DNA of 64,000 nucleotides. Origin: Flavobacteriales bacterium (GTDB taxonomy: Bacteria > Bacteroidota > Bacteroidia > Palsa-965). The first letter of the stretch is position 1. Each line of letters begins with the position of its first letter. The translations under genes and the position numbers were made by a program. Under the pieces are notes generated by a model. That model made no database searches and was not told the DNA's origin. It saw nothing but the letters and a program-made list of their open reading frames with translations. Below, piece after piece: positions 19,961-29,560 of the stretch. The stretch covers positions 1 to 64,000 of the forward strand of contig JBEIPA010000013.1 of assembly GCA_040377305.1 (NCBI GenBank). Direction: 5' to 3'.

Positions 19961-20833
19961 TCACTTCTGGTAATTATAAACGTGCGTTGTCATCGCACCA
20001 CCCGAAGCGTCGTAAGTTTTGGTTCGGCTTAATCGTCCAGACTTATCGTAAGAGTATTCCAGCGTACACTGCAACACGCCGCTTTCACCCGAGAGTGTTT
20101 CTGAAACAATTTTCCCGTTTTTATTCAGCTTCACCACGTGAACAATCATCGACTGGTAATTTTGTCCCTGCTCGTTCTCGTGCAATAATTCTCCTTCTTG
20201 TCCATAACGAATCACCCAGTAGCGATAACCACCATCATAATACGTGTAATCCGTTTTGCGCAACAATTTTCCGTGACCGTAAACCTGATGACTGGTCACG
20301 CGATTTTGATCGTCGTATTCCCACTTCTCCATGTTTTCATTCGAATCCCATAAGCGACTTGCATCCCAGGTTGTCTTTCTTCCTTTGGTGTCGTAAGAAA
20401 TAGTAGCGAGTCCAACCTGATTCCATTTTCCGTTCACGACATTCGATTGCGTTGTTGCAGTGCGCGGCCCAGGTGTTGCACCCGGATCTGCAACCCAAAC
20501 AAACTTCGACTCTGTTTTTACCCGGCCTTTTTCGTCGTACGCATAAACATAACGTCGCACGCTTTCCTGTTTGGCTGCAACGATCTTTTCAGCAATCAGC
20601 GTATCGTTATACGTGTAGCGAACAGAATAACCGATCAGATAACTGAGACAGCTTTCTTCGAAGCGTCCATAGGTTTCCGAGATTTTCTGTCCACGCGCAT
20701 TGTAAACAATCGTGAGTTCTTCTTTCGCGTTCACACTGTCTGTGCCGACGAATTGCGTAACACGACAAAAGGTTGAATCCTGGGAATAAAGTGTTCCTGT
20801 GATGCAAAAAAGAATCAGCAGTAAAATTCGCAT
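19961..20833 (-). CDS. Secreted YD-like repeat protein
   Basis: Signal peptide; YAYDEKGR, YDTKGR, YDDQNR, YSYDKSGR repeats. Confidence 0.75.
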   Translation of the reverse strand: MRILLLILFCITGTLYSQDSTFCRVTQFVGTDSVNAKEELTIVYNARGQKISETYGRFEESCLSYLIGYSVRYTYNDTLIAEKIVAAKQESVRRYVYAYDEKGRVKTESKFVWVADPGATPGPRTATTQSNVVNGKWNQVGLATISYDTKGRKTTWDASRLWDSNENMEKWEYDDQNRVTSHQVYGHGKLLRKTDYTYYDGGYRYWVIRYGQEGELLHENEQGQNYQSMIVHVVKLNKNGKIVSETLSGESGVLQCTLEYSYDKSGRLSRTKTYDASGGAMTTHVYNYQK

Positions 20834-21041
20834 GCTTAAAGATACGATGTTCCAGTTCCAGTCATCGGACTCCCTTCTAATTTGCAGGATTCGGGCATAG
20901 GACAAATTTGTTGCACCAAAAACGTAGTATTTAATTTCCTAAAATCTCCTAATTCCGATAACTGGTAGAACTGTGCGGCGCCGTTCGCGTAACAATTCAG
21001 CAGACAGGCATCCATCACACCAAACCAGATCCTGTTGCCCT

Positions 21042-21863
21042 ATGCGAGTCAGAACCTTCTTCAGAAACTACATGATTATTCCTGTAGTGTTGATTCCGAT
21101 TTTCACTTTCGCATTTTTTATTCTTACGTGGCAAGGCGGTCTTGCAATGAGCATAGACAAGAAGCTGCTTCCTCTTTTGTTTGCGTTGCCGGTGGCGCTT
21201 TCCTTTCTCGTTATCGGTATCGTGGTAATTGTTCGTTTGTGCAGAAAGCTTCCGGTGCTGATGCTTGTACAGGTTCTGGTGATTGAGATTATTGCTGTAG
21301 CGGCATTTTTTATGCTCGACTACAAACAGAACACGTGGCTGCTGAATCAATATTTGTATCAGGACAAACGAATGGCTTTTGTCGAACGTATTCAAACTAA
21401 TCCCAATCCGGGTCAGGAAGCGGCGATGATGGATTCAATTCAGCAACACAGAAACTATCCGTTTTCAATCGTGTTGACGGATGATGAATACAATCTGCAG
21501 AATCGTCACAACGTGCTGAGTGATAGAAAAGGCGTACAATCGTACGTGACTGTTCAACGCGATTGTGATGGCAACTTAATGGTGGAGTTTCCTTACGACA
21601 GTGAATTCATGGGTAGGACGTACAGTGTGCTGTATTCTGATCGCTTCCCGATCGCGAACACTAGTATTATCTGGGATGAGAACGGTCTGCCGAGAACATC
21701 CGTGGGTCATCATATTGACAAGTTCCGGATTATAGACACCATTTCTCCACACTGGTATTATGTAGCGAATGGATCTTCAGGATTCAATCTCAGCTTTAAT
21801 CTGTTCGGAGGTGGGGGCGGTAGCGGATCGTCTTCTGGCGGATCATCCGGCGGTTGTCAGTAG
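21042..21863 (+). CDS. Hypothetical membrane protein with Gly/Ser-rich tail
   Basis: Three hydrophobic segments; ends GGGGGSGSSSGGSSGGCQ. Confidence 0.7.
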   Translation: MRVRTFFRNYMIIPVVLIPIFTFAFFILTWQGGLAMSIDKKLLPLLFALPVALSFLVIGIVVIVRLCRKLPVLMLVQVLVIEIIAVAAFFMLDYKQNTWLLNQYLYQDKRMAFVERIQTNPNPGQEAAMMDSIQQHRNYPFSIVLTDDEYNLQNRHNVLSDRKGVQSYVTVQRDCDGNLMVEFPYDSEFMGRTYSVLYSDRFPIANTSIIWDENGLPRTSVGHHIDKFRIIDTISPHWYYVANGSSGFNLSFNLFGGGGGSGSSSGGSSGGCQ

Positions 21864-21924
21864 CCCATGCGAAGTGATGCGGCGTATTGGATTTTCCCAT
21901 TTCATGAAAATTGATGTCGGTATA

Positions 21925-22053
21925 TCACCCGCCACGTGAATAGCGATCTGCTTCATCCAGCATCCAAAGCACAAGAACGAAAATGCCGAACAGCGCGAGG
22001 ACCGTTCCGATCACAACTGAAATTCCAACGACTATAGCCTTCTTCTTGTTCAT
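21925..22053 (-). CDS. Small single-TM protein, 42 aa (not in ORF track)
   Basis: MNKKKAIVVGISVVIGTVLALFGIFVLVLWMLDEADRYSRGG; TGATG coupling to the upstream small ORF. Confidence 0.55.
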   Translation of the reverse strand: MNKKKAIVVGISVVIGTVLALFGIFVLVLWMLDEADRYSRGG

Positions 22054-22196
22054 CACAGTCCGCATAACACAACCGCAACAAGTCCAACTCCGATTGCATA
22101 GGAGGTGAGTACGCCCGCGGCAACTAACATGATTGTTTTACTCATTTGAATATACTTTTCCATTTTGAATTCGTGAACCGTGATAAGCGGTTTCAT
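22053..22196 (-). CDS. Small single-TM protein, 47 aa
   Basis: MKPLITVHEFKMEKYIQMSKTIMLVAAGVLTSYAIGVGLVAVVLCGL; coupled to the next ORF. Confidence 0.5.
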   Translation of the reverse strand: MKPLITVHEFKMEKYIQMSKTIMLVAAGVLTSYAIGVGLVAVVLCGL

Positions 22197-22382
22197 GATG
22201 CGAAGATGAGTGGAATCAGAATGAATGCAGGAGTTGAATGAAAGAGTGTCGTGCTTTCCTGTGCAAGTGCAGGATTGAGACAGCAACACGGCTTCGGTTG
22301 AACGCTTGAGTTTCAGGACACCACGTTCCCGTTTCATGGGATCGCTTCGTCGTGCCTCCTCGCGATGACGGTCACGTGTTGC

Positions 22383-23012
22383 TTATTTCGCGCCTTTCAA
22401 ACGCTTCATCCGTCCTAACTGATAGCCGTTGAACTTCCAGACTTTCACTTCGGGAATTTCTTCGGTGCCTTTGCCTGAAATTTTATCTTCCTTCGCGGGA
22501 TAAGCGAAAAGTTCCATCACCAGCTCATCTCCTTCGATCCAATACGAAATCTGAATCATGCTACCCATAACGGAAAACAAACTCGTGACTTTATTTCCGG
22601 TGGCGTACATGTCGATGACGATACCGTTATTTTCATCAATGGTCCAATGACCTTTCGCAGTGTCTATCGGAACGAGTGTGTAATGACGCCGATCAATTGC
22701 CGCAGTGTCCGATTTCGGATAATACGTAATCACCCAATCGTAACGACCTGAATCGGCCGGGAAAACGTCGAGACCGAATTGAATGGTGCTGACTACAGAA
22801 TCTCCTTTATAAATATTCAGATCACCTTTCCAGTATCCGATGTAGGAATCAGGAAAGTTGTTCTGCGCAGACACCGAAGTATACAAAACAACTGTGAAAA
22901 ATAATAGGATGATGCGATGATACAATGAGTCGAAGTAATTGTCAAACCGAATAGACTTGAGACACTGCGAAGTAACTTGATTCATAAAAAGCGTCGTACC
23001 TAGGAATGGCAA
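22383..23012 (-). CDS. Secreted hypothetical protein (lipocalin-like barrel); start uncertain
   Basis: Hydrophobic signal region RIILLFFTVVLYTSVSAQ is internal to the ORF; FPDSYIGYWKGDL, IDENNGIVID. Confidence 0.7.
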   Translation of the reverse strand: MPFLGTTLFMNQVTSQCLKSIRFDNYFDSLYHRIILLFFTVVLYTSVSAQNNFPDSYIGYWKGDLNIYKGDSVVSTIQFGLDVFPADSGRYDWVITYYPKSDTAAIDRRHYTLVPIDTAKGHWTIDENNGIVIDMYATGNKVTSLFSVMGSMIQISYWIEGDELVMELFAYPAKEDKISGKGTEEIPEVKVWKFNGYQLGRMKRLKGAK

Positions 23013-24125
23013 TTATTTCGCAATAACAACTCGCTTCGTTTCTACTTCACGCTCTGTTCTAATCACAAATGAATAGGTTCCATTCGTAAATCCGGAAAGA
23101 TCGACTTGCATGGTGGTAGAACCAGTCTCAAAATATTCGGGAGCAAGCACCATTCTTCCCTGCAGGTCGTACACTTCAACACTGGTCTTTGTGTTGTAAT
23201 CAACCCGATTCACCTGGAAAATACCATTGGTAGATGGAGATGGAAACACAGAATATTTCACCGCCTCCTCTCTATCGATCGGATCAATTCCATTCGGCAC
23301 TAAGAAGTACGGCATGTACGTGTTGATCATTTGCGTTACGCGAACAACTTGTCCCTGAGTGAAGAAACACATACCGGCATCTTCTGTATAGTCCATGTAA
23401 TTCTGCCACATAATTCCCGGTGCAGGGGAACACGCATCGGTAATAACAGTCCCGGGTGCGTACGCAGTAAAATTCTCGTCTGCCTGATTGGGAGTATCTG
23501 CAATATAATCTGAGCCACTACATGAGCTTCCATCATCACCCCAAATGTGATACAATCCGAAGTAATGACCAAGCTCATGCGTCGCAGTGCGACCCTTATC
23601 GTAACCATTCAACATAATGGTTTCATTACGGCCGACTACGGACCATAGAATGTCGAGTCCGCGGTCAGGGCTCGGTGTTGCAGATGGAAATTCGCTATAC
23701 GCAAGAACACCACTCGGAATATCCCACACCCAAATGTTCAGATAAACGGAATCCGACCAGGGATCAAGTCCACCCAATGCGAACGAATGCGGATTGAAAG
23801 CAGGAGGACTTGCATTTGTTACAGCTCTTCGTTCAATTCCGATTGTTGGATTTCCCTGAGGATCTACAGATGCAAATTCAAATCCAATGTCCATATTACC
23901 AATGAGCGGTTGCCACACGGCCGGTACATTCACCAAATCAGGATTCGCTGCCTGATAATCTTCATTGAGCACATCGAGTTGATGCTGCAACACTGAATCC
24001 GGAAGATTTTGTTGTGCGTTTTCATAAAGCACGTGAAATATCACGGGAATCTGAACCGACTGAGCATTGAGCGCACACGCTGAAATGAACAGCGTAGTTC
24101 CGAGAATTACATTTTTCATGTTCAT
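23013..24125 (-). CDS. M43 (pappalysin-like) zinc metalloprotease with T9SS CTD
   Basis: IPVIFHV, GRTATHELGHYFGLYHIWG, QNYMDY, FTQGQ, VFPSPS CTD. Confidence 0.92.
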   Translation of the reverse strand: MNMKNVILGTTLFISACALNAQSVQIPVIFHVLYENAQQNLPDSVLQHQLDVLNEDYQAANPDLVNVPAVWQPLIGNMDIGFEFASVDPQGNPTIGIERRAVTNASPPAFNPHSFALGGLDPWSDSVYLNIWVWDIPSGVLAYSEFPSATPSPDRGLDILWSVVGRNETIMLNGYDKGRTATHELGHYFGLYHIWGDDGSSCSGSDYIADTPNQADENFTAYAPGTVITDACSPAPGIMWQNYMDYTEDAGMCFFTQGQVVRVTQMINTYMPYFLVPNGIDPIDREEAVKYSVFPSPSTNGIFQVNRVDYNTKTSVEVYDLQGRMVLAPEYFETGSTTMQVDLSGFTNGTYSFVIRTEREVETKRVVIAK

Positions 24126-24128
24126 GGG

Positions 24129-25235
24129 TTACTGAGCAATTACAATCCGTTTCGTTTCCGTAGCGTATGTGCTTCTTGTTACAAGTGAGTACACGCCGTT
24201 TACACACGATGATAAATCAATTTGAAGGGAAGTAACACCAGCTGCAAAATTTACCGGCGATGTGACGAGACGACCTTGCGGATCATAAACTTCGACTGAA
24301 GCGTTTGTTGTTGCATCAGCACGTGAGATCGTAAAAAGTCCATTCGAAGACGGAGAAGGAAAAACGGTGTAGCCCGATTTAATCTGATCTTCACGAATTC
24401 CGTTCGGAGTGAAAAAGCCCTGACGCATATTGTTCATATACCAGGTCATTCTTCCAACCTGATCTGCAGTGAAAAATACCATCGCGGTATCATCAACGTA
24501 ACTCATGAAATTCATCCACATTATTCCGGGAGCAGCAGGCTGACAACCATCCGTTAAAATTGTTCCAACAGGATATGTTCCGTAAACGGTATTCGAAGAA
24601 TAACCTGGAGTGTCTGCACAGCTGTCGATGTCAAGACACATTGAATTTGGTCCTATGTGAGTTAATCCCAGCCAGTGTCCGAATTCATGTGTACCTACAC
24701 GACCGGCATTGAATGGAGCTTGTGCCGGAGCGCCACGACCGACATAACGATAGTTGAGAACGATTCCGTCTGTTGCATCGGGCCCGCCGGGGAATTGCGA
24801 GTAAGCAGTAAGTGCAGGTCCTAAATCACACACCCAAATGTTGAGGTATGAAGTGTCCGGCCATGCATCAAGTCCACCGGAGAGAGCGAACTTAACATTG
24901 TCGTTGGTACTCCACGTTATTGTCGGGCTGAACTGACGCTCAATTCCCGTTGTTGGATTTCCATTCGGATCAACCGTTGCAAGCATGAACGTAATGGGCA
25001 TGCTTCCAATGATCGGTGTCCACGCTGCCGGAACTTTCCACAAGTCGGCATTTAGCGCGTTCAGATCTTCATTGAGCACATCGAGTTGCTCCTGCAAAAT
25101 AGAATCGTGAATATTCTCAGTTGCGTTTTGATAAACCACATGAAAAATAACCGGAATGGTTACTGCCTGAGCGGAAGCAGATTTTCCTGCCGAGAATAAT
25201 AGTGCAAATCCAATGGTGCGTAGTGCGTGTTTCAT
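24129..25235 (-). CDS. M43 zinc metalloprotease with T9SS CTD (tandem paralogue)
   Basis: IPVIFHVV, THEFGHWLGLTH, MNFMSY, VFPSPS CTD. Confidence 0.92.
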   Translation of the reverse strand: MKHALRTIGFALLFSAGKSASAQAVTIPVIFHVVYQNATENIHDSILQEQLDVLNEDLNALNADLWKVPAAWTPIIGSMPITFMLATVDPNGNPTTGIERQFSPTITWSTNDNVKFALSGGLDAWPDTSYLNIWVCDLGPALTAYSQFPGGPDATDGIVLNYRYVGRGAPAQAPFNAGRVGTHEFGHWLGLTHIGPNSMCLDIDSCADTPGYSSNTVYGTYPVGTILTDGCQPAAPGIMWMNFMSYVDDTAMVFFTADQVGRMTWYMNNMRQGFFTPNGIREDQIKSGYTVFPSPSSNGLFTISRADATTNASVEVYDPQGRLVTSPVNFAAGVTSLQIDLSSCVNGVYSLVTRSTYATETKRIVIAQ

Positions 25236-25351
25236 AACTTATTTATAGATTACTAAAGTTATGGAAATTCAACGTACCCACCCGCGACTTTGCGTAACTG
25301 TGTACACCTGTGTAATAAGCGTGCAAAACTGCGTAAGCAACGGCATACACA

Positions 25352-25389
25352 ATTCGAAGATTTGAAAATTTGAAGATTCGAAGACTGAA
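25352..25389 (+). repeat. 8-bp tandem array ATT(T/C)GAAG, left arm of an inverted pair
   Basis: attcgaagatttgaaaatttgaagattcgaagactgaa. Confidence 0.85.
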
Positions 25390-25400
25390 TCAGTCCAGCC

Positions 25401-25796
25401 TCATCTATTGGCAAACTTCTGACCACGCCAACCACTTTTCTGAACGTAGTCACTCAGGTTTTGAAGTTCGCCCGATATGGTTTCAGACAAACCACTCAGG
25501 TGCTTGAGATCAGCTTCCGTTAGATATTTGAAATCAAATGCCCGGTACAGTTGAGATCTGCTTTCACCACAAGATCCTTTGGAAATAGATAGATGTTGAA
25601 CAAATTCATTAGTACCATTGCGTTCAAATCCCTCAGCAATATTATCCATCACTGAACCGGACGAAGCCAGAATTTGATCCTTGAATTTGAAATCTCGCTG
25701 TAGTGGAGTTCGATAGACTGCTGCGAAAACTTCCGCCGCATAAACGCGCGATTTTTGCCAAACCGGCAATTGCTCAAAACGTGTGTAAGTAGCTAT
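25401..25796 (-). CDS. Four-helix-bundle (23S rRNA intervening-sequence-type) protein
   Basis: RFEQLPVWQKSR, DFKFKDQI, SVMDNIAEGFER, LSISKGSCGESRSQLYRA; family-like N-terminus begins at an ATA codon (25796). Confidence 0.88.
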   Translation of the reverse strand: MATYTRFEQLPVWQKSRVYAAEVFAAVYRTPLQRDFKFKDQILASSGSVMDNIAEGFERNGTNEFVQHLSISKGSCGESRSQLYRAFDFKYLTEADLKHLSGLSETISGELQNLSDYVQKSGWRGQKFANR

Positions 25797-25855
25797 ACAT
25801 ATATGTTTATAGTTAAATATATGGCGAATATATACATAATTACTTTACACCATGA

Positions 25856-25885
25856 TCAAATCTTCGAATCTTCAAATCTTCAAAT
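25856..25885 (-). repeat. 8-bp tandem array, right (inverted) arm
   Basis: tcaaatcttcgaatcttcaaatcttcaaat, the reverse complement of the left-arm unit. Confidence 0.85.
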
Positions 25886-25889
25886 ATTT

Positions 25890-28800
25890 TTATTGTTTCG
25901 ATCTACCGCAAATCGCCTTTTTCACTTGCCGGTATTCTCCGCTCCGCAATTCGAAGAAATACATTCCACCCGCCAATCCCAGTGCTGCTGGATCAATGGT
26001 AACAGAATAATTTCCCGGCATAACATAACTCGATGTTGGCACAGGAGTCGCAACCAGATTTCCGGTGATGTCAAAAATCCGAATCTCCACCGGTCCACGT
26101 TCTGCAATGGAATATTCAATCGTCACCTGATCGGCAAACGGATTCGGATACACGTTGAAATTATTCACAGGCGGCGGAAGCTCTTTGAACACGGCTCGGA
26201 AATATTCTGCAGAGTCAATATCGATTCGCAAAACAGGATCGTAGTATTTCGTTGTGTCTCCCGGCAATGCATATTCCCAATACAAAAATTCGTAACCGGG
26301 ATTAGCAATTGCAGTCATCGTGATCGGATTTCCTGTGAAGTAAACCCCAATCCACGGCACCGAATCGAGTGTGATTGTATTCAGCTTCACAGTGCCCGCT
26401 GCAGCAGGAAACATATCGAAGGCGCAATACTTCTGTTGGGGCAAATTGAACTGCGACTGAATGTGCTGACGGCAATATGTTGGACGTGCAAACATGATAT
26501 TCGCCATGTCAATTACATTTTGCGTCCACTGTGCAGTATCCATTTGCCATTGCAACCAGGACGGAGTAAACAAGGGCGGACCGCCAACTCCCCACATATC
26601 GAAATGACGATCCATCTCCGGCAACATTTCGAGATACGTTGCAACGATGTAATCGTAGGTATTGTACGGATAGAATGTCGTGTTCAGTAAATCGGCATAA
26701 CGATTCACGAAGTAAATACGAAACGAATCATTCTGCAGCAAGGAGCGAATCATGTACGAATGCGGATTCATTACCGGCGGATTGATCGCGATGTTCAGCA
26801 TGTTGATCGTATCCGAATTCAAAGCGAGATCGAGATCCCACAACACATATCTCCACGGTGCATCGTAATTGCGCGGCTGCCAGAACTTGATGTTGTTGGT
26901 ATACGTTCCGATCCAGTCTGTATTCGCGTAGAATGTTTCGGTGATGAAGTAATCGCACATATTTTCGAAATCCCACATCGTTGCGGCTGAGTCGATATTC
27001 GCCTGAACAGTCATGTCGTTTCCGCCTATGAAGGTGTAGGTGCGAATGAAATCTGCATTATCACCTTCGATAATGTCGCCGTTGAACTGAAGGAAATTCG
27101 TACTGTCGTCATCGCATTCCGAATTATTGGCGATGTAATGTTTATCCTGTTTCTCGCGCATTTCATACACGCCCCAGTATGCTCCGTTGATGAATACAAC
27201 ACACGCGAAACCGTCCATCATATCAACATCACAAACCGGTTGAATGGTTTTGTGAATCATCCGATCGCGCATGTGACAATTGTTGTAGTCCGTTCCGGTG
27301 TTGCGTAAATTGAAGCCGCGATATTCCGTCGCCGGTTTATCAGGAAAGAGCTGATAGTTGATCGGCTTTGCTCCGTAATCGTCATCGCAATCAATGAAGA
27401 AACCTTTCTGGGCAAATACTTTCGAAAAATTTCCCTGAATGCGAATGGACGCTGGCGTTTCAAATTTCAGCGCGTGTGTTGTGTCGAAGTAGGAAACATT
27501 GCACGGACGAATCCAGCCTTGCCAGAAGTTCGCATCGAAGAACGGAATGTCACTGATGGCGGTGTCGGGAGTATTGCCCAACATGTAAATTCCGTAATCC
27601 TGATCGAACAGATTGTACGGATCAGTTACAATTGAAACTACTGGTAACGCTACGTTTTCATTGAGGAAATAGGATGACGCCGCAACTGGTCCCGGCAGAT
27701 AATTTGTGTCCGACGGAATCAATTTTGCGCGCAATACCAATGTAGAATTGATTGCAACACTTCCGGCATAAGTTGGCGACCACGATTGCGGATCTTGTCC
27801 GTTCAGTGTGTAGTGAATCGTTCCGGGTGTTGTTGCACTGATCGTTGTTGTCTGACTTCCGCTGTAGAATCCTGACGTCAACGCAATAGTCGGTGCACTT
27901 CCGTATCCTGAATAGCACGAAGCAGAAAAATTCGTCGTATCAGGAGTTGCTTGTGTAAACAAACACCAGTTCGCCGATCCATCCGGTTGACGCCCGCGTG
28001 AGTGATTCGGTTGCATGCCTCCAATAGTAATTGAATCTACAACTCCACCTGCCGCATTGTGAAGAACGAGCTGTTGACCTGTACTATTCAGTGAATAACT
28101 GGTATGCAGATTAATATCGGCCGGAAACGGGATGTAGGTAACGGATGTGTCCCCTACACCAAGGAGAAGCGCGGGATACATCGTCATATCATCCATTCCG
28201 GATTGTGCATTGTGCGTTTCCACCGAGAATGTATTCATTCCCTGAATCTTGATCGTGTCAAGCACAGAGGATGGAACCATAAACAACGCCGACATTCCAC
28301 CGGTTTGGTATTGCAGCGCTTCGTGATCTGCATAAGCGTATTCGTTGTATGCGGGAGTTACATGTGCAGCACCAACGCCGTAGCGACAAATTTCTTTTCC
28401 GTTCAGGTATGCAACAAATGCATCATCGAAGTCAACAAGAAATGCCGCGGAAACAATGTTGCTGGTATCAGCAATATTGAACGACATACGTTGGTAAAGA
28501 GAAATGGTCGGAGCAATTACGGTTGTATCGTCACCATCTCCGTATCCAATCGGACCCACGGCAGGAATCCATCCCGCATCGTTGAATGACGGAGCAGCCC
28601 AGTTTGCCGGTGGCTGAAAGAATCCCGGAAAGTATCTCCAGTTAAAACCCCAGTAAACCGGAATTTCCCAATGATCGAAATAGTCACTTCGGTTTTTTCC
28701 GGAGAAGAAAACGGTGAGATGATCGCCAGGCTGAATGTAAATCGTTGGGAATGTCCAGGTGCGCGAATCAGTTCCTTCATTACAGGTAATGGTGTACCCT

Positions 28801-28970
28801 TCCATGTTCACCGCAGTAGAACCGGCGTTGTAAAATTCCACCCAGTCTTTCGCGTCTCCATCTTCGTCAACAAACGCATCATTTCCTGCAGAGGAAATTT
28901 CGTTGATGAAGATTTGTGCCGGTAGCCATTGAAAGAGTAGGAGAGAAGAGGCGAGTAAAAGTCTTTTCAT
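25890..28970 (-). CDS. CotH kinase-family protein with lamin-tail domain, Fn3-associated domain and T9SS CTD
   Basis: INEI..DWVEFYN, IHYTLNG, IRIQGNFS, INGAYWGVYEMREK, NTDW..NNIKFW, WRYVLWDLD, VYPNPF. Confidence 0.92.
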   Translation of the reverse strand: MKRLLLASSLLLFQWLPAQIFINEISSAGNDAFVDEDGDAKDWVEFYNAGSTAVNMEGYTITCNEGTDSRTWTFPTIYIQPGDHLTVFFSGKNRSDYFDHWEIPVYWGFNWRYFPGFFQPPANWAAPSFNDAGWIPAVGPIGYGDGDDTTVIAPTISLYQRMSFNIADTSNIVSAAFLVDFDDAFVAYLNGKEICRYGVGAAHVTPAYNEYAYADHEALQYQTGGMSALFMVPSSVLDTIKIQGMNTFSVETHNAQSGMDDMTMYPALLLGVGDTSVTYIPFPADINLHTSYSLNSTGQQLVLHNAAGGVVDSITIGGMQPNHSRGRQPDGSANWCLFTQATPDTTNFSASCYSGYGSAPTIALTSGFYSGSQTTTISATTPGTIHYTLNGQDPQSWSPTYAGSVAINSTLVLRAKLIPSDTNYLPGPVAASSYFLNENVALPVVSIVTDPYNLFDQDYGIYMLGNTPDTAISDIPFFDANFWQGWIRPCNVSYFDTTHALKFETPASIRIQGNFSKVFAQKGFFIDCDDDYGAKPINYQLFPDKPATEYRGFNLRNTGTDYNNCHMRDRMIHKTIQPVCDVDMMDGFACVVFINGAYWGVYEMREKQDKHYIANNSECDDDSTNFLQFNGDIIEGDNADFIRTYTFIGGNDMTVQANIDSAATMWDFENMCDYFITETFYANTDWIGTYTNNIKFWQPRNYDAPWRYVLWDLDLALNSDTINMLNIAINPPVMNPHSYMIRSLLQNDSFRIYFVNRYADLLNTTFYPYNTYDYIVATYLEMLPEMDRHFDMWGVGGPPLFTPSWLQWQMDTAQWTQNVIDMANIMFARPTYCRQHIQSQFNLPQQKYCAFDMFPAAAGTVKLNTITLDSVPWIGVYFTGNPITMTAIANPGYEFLYWEYALPGDTTKYYDPVLRIDIDSAEYFRAVFKELPPPVNNFNVYPNPFADQVTIEYSIAERGPVEIRIFDITGNLVATPVPTSSYVMPGNYSVTIDPAALGLAGGMYFFELRSGEYRQVKKAICGRSKQ

Positions 28971-29015
28971 TCGGGGAAATAGGAGTTTGCAATACTAAAA
29001 TACGCGTTTCGGCTT

Positions 29016-29113
29016 ATGATTGGATGATGGGATTATAGAATGATAGGATTCAGCGGGTTGTGAATTTAACAACGAGGGCATCAACTAATCGGAAATCGAT
29101 AATCAACTAATCG
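29016..29113. repeat. Degenerate short tandem arrays in a divergent intergenic region
   Basis: ATGATTGG ATGATGGG ATTATAGA ATGATAGG (8-mers), then an approximately 7-mer taatc array at 29080-29113. Confidence 0.55.
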
Positions 29114-29138
29114 ATTTGCTATCTTAGACTTAGCAAAC

Positions 29139-29558
29139 ATGAAAAGGTTTATTGGTGTTTTAGCATTTTGGCTGCTGTTTTTCGCTGGAAAGGCGGATAC
29201 GATCGGCGCGTACACGGTTATGCACAAGGGCAAAGTGATTACATCCGCAACTGAATTTGACACCATCCAGATCAAACTCAGAAAGAAGGAATTTACTGCA
29301 GCAGATACTTTGTTGGTCGATTACTGGAGTTGCGGATCGCGGAGTGCGCTTCGTCACCAGGTACGTGTTAAAGACAGCACGACTGATTCAATTGTACTTA
29401 GTGCCGGTGTATTCCATACACAATACTATTTGCTTCCCCTGAACGAATTACTTTTGTATGAGCAAGCTCACCCGGGTACAGTATTTGATGGATCGTTCAT
29501 CACCAAAGAAAGAGAATACAAGCATAGAATTTACTTTCGCTTAGAATTCACAGAATAA
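29139..29558 (+). CDS. Small secreted hypothetical protein
   Basis: Signal peptide ending AGKA-DT; TATCTTAG -7 element just upstream. Confidence 0.75.
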   Translation: MKRFIGVLAFWLLFFAGKADTIGAYTVMHKGKVITSATEFDTIQIKLRKKEFTAADTLLVDYWSCGSRSALRHQVRVKDSTTDSIVLSAGVFHTQYYLLPLNELLLYEQAHPGTVFDGSFITKEREYKHRIYFRLEFTE

Positions 29559-29560
29559 TT

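Noticed and set aside
25401-25796. Diversity-generating retroelement (Avd-like gene)
   Set aside because: No reverse transcriptase and no TR/VR pair with A-specific mismatches seen
25755-26690. 311-aa plus-strand ORF and the many other 60-220 aa overlapping ORFs in the track
   Set aside because: Antisense or alternate-frame shadows of well-supported genes, with no recognisable motifs
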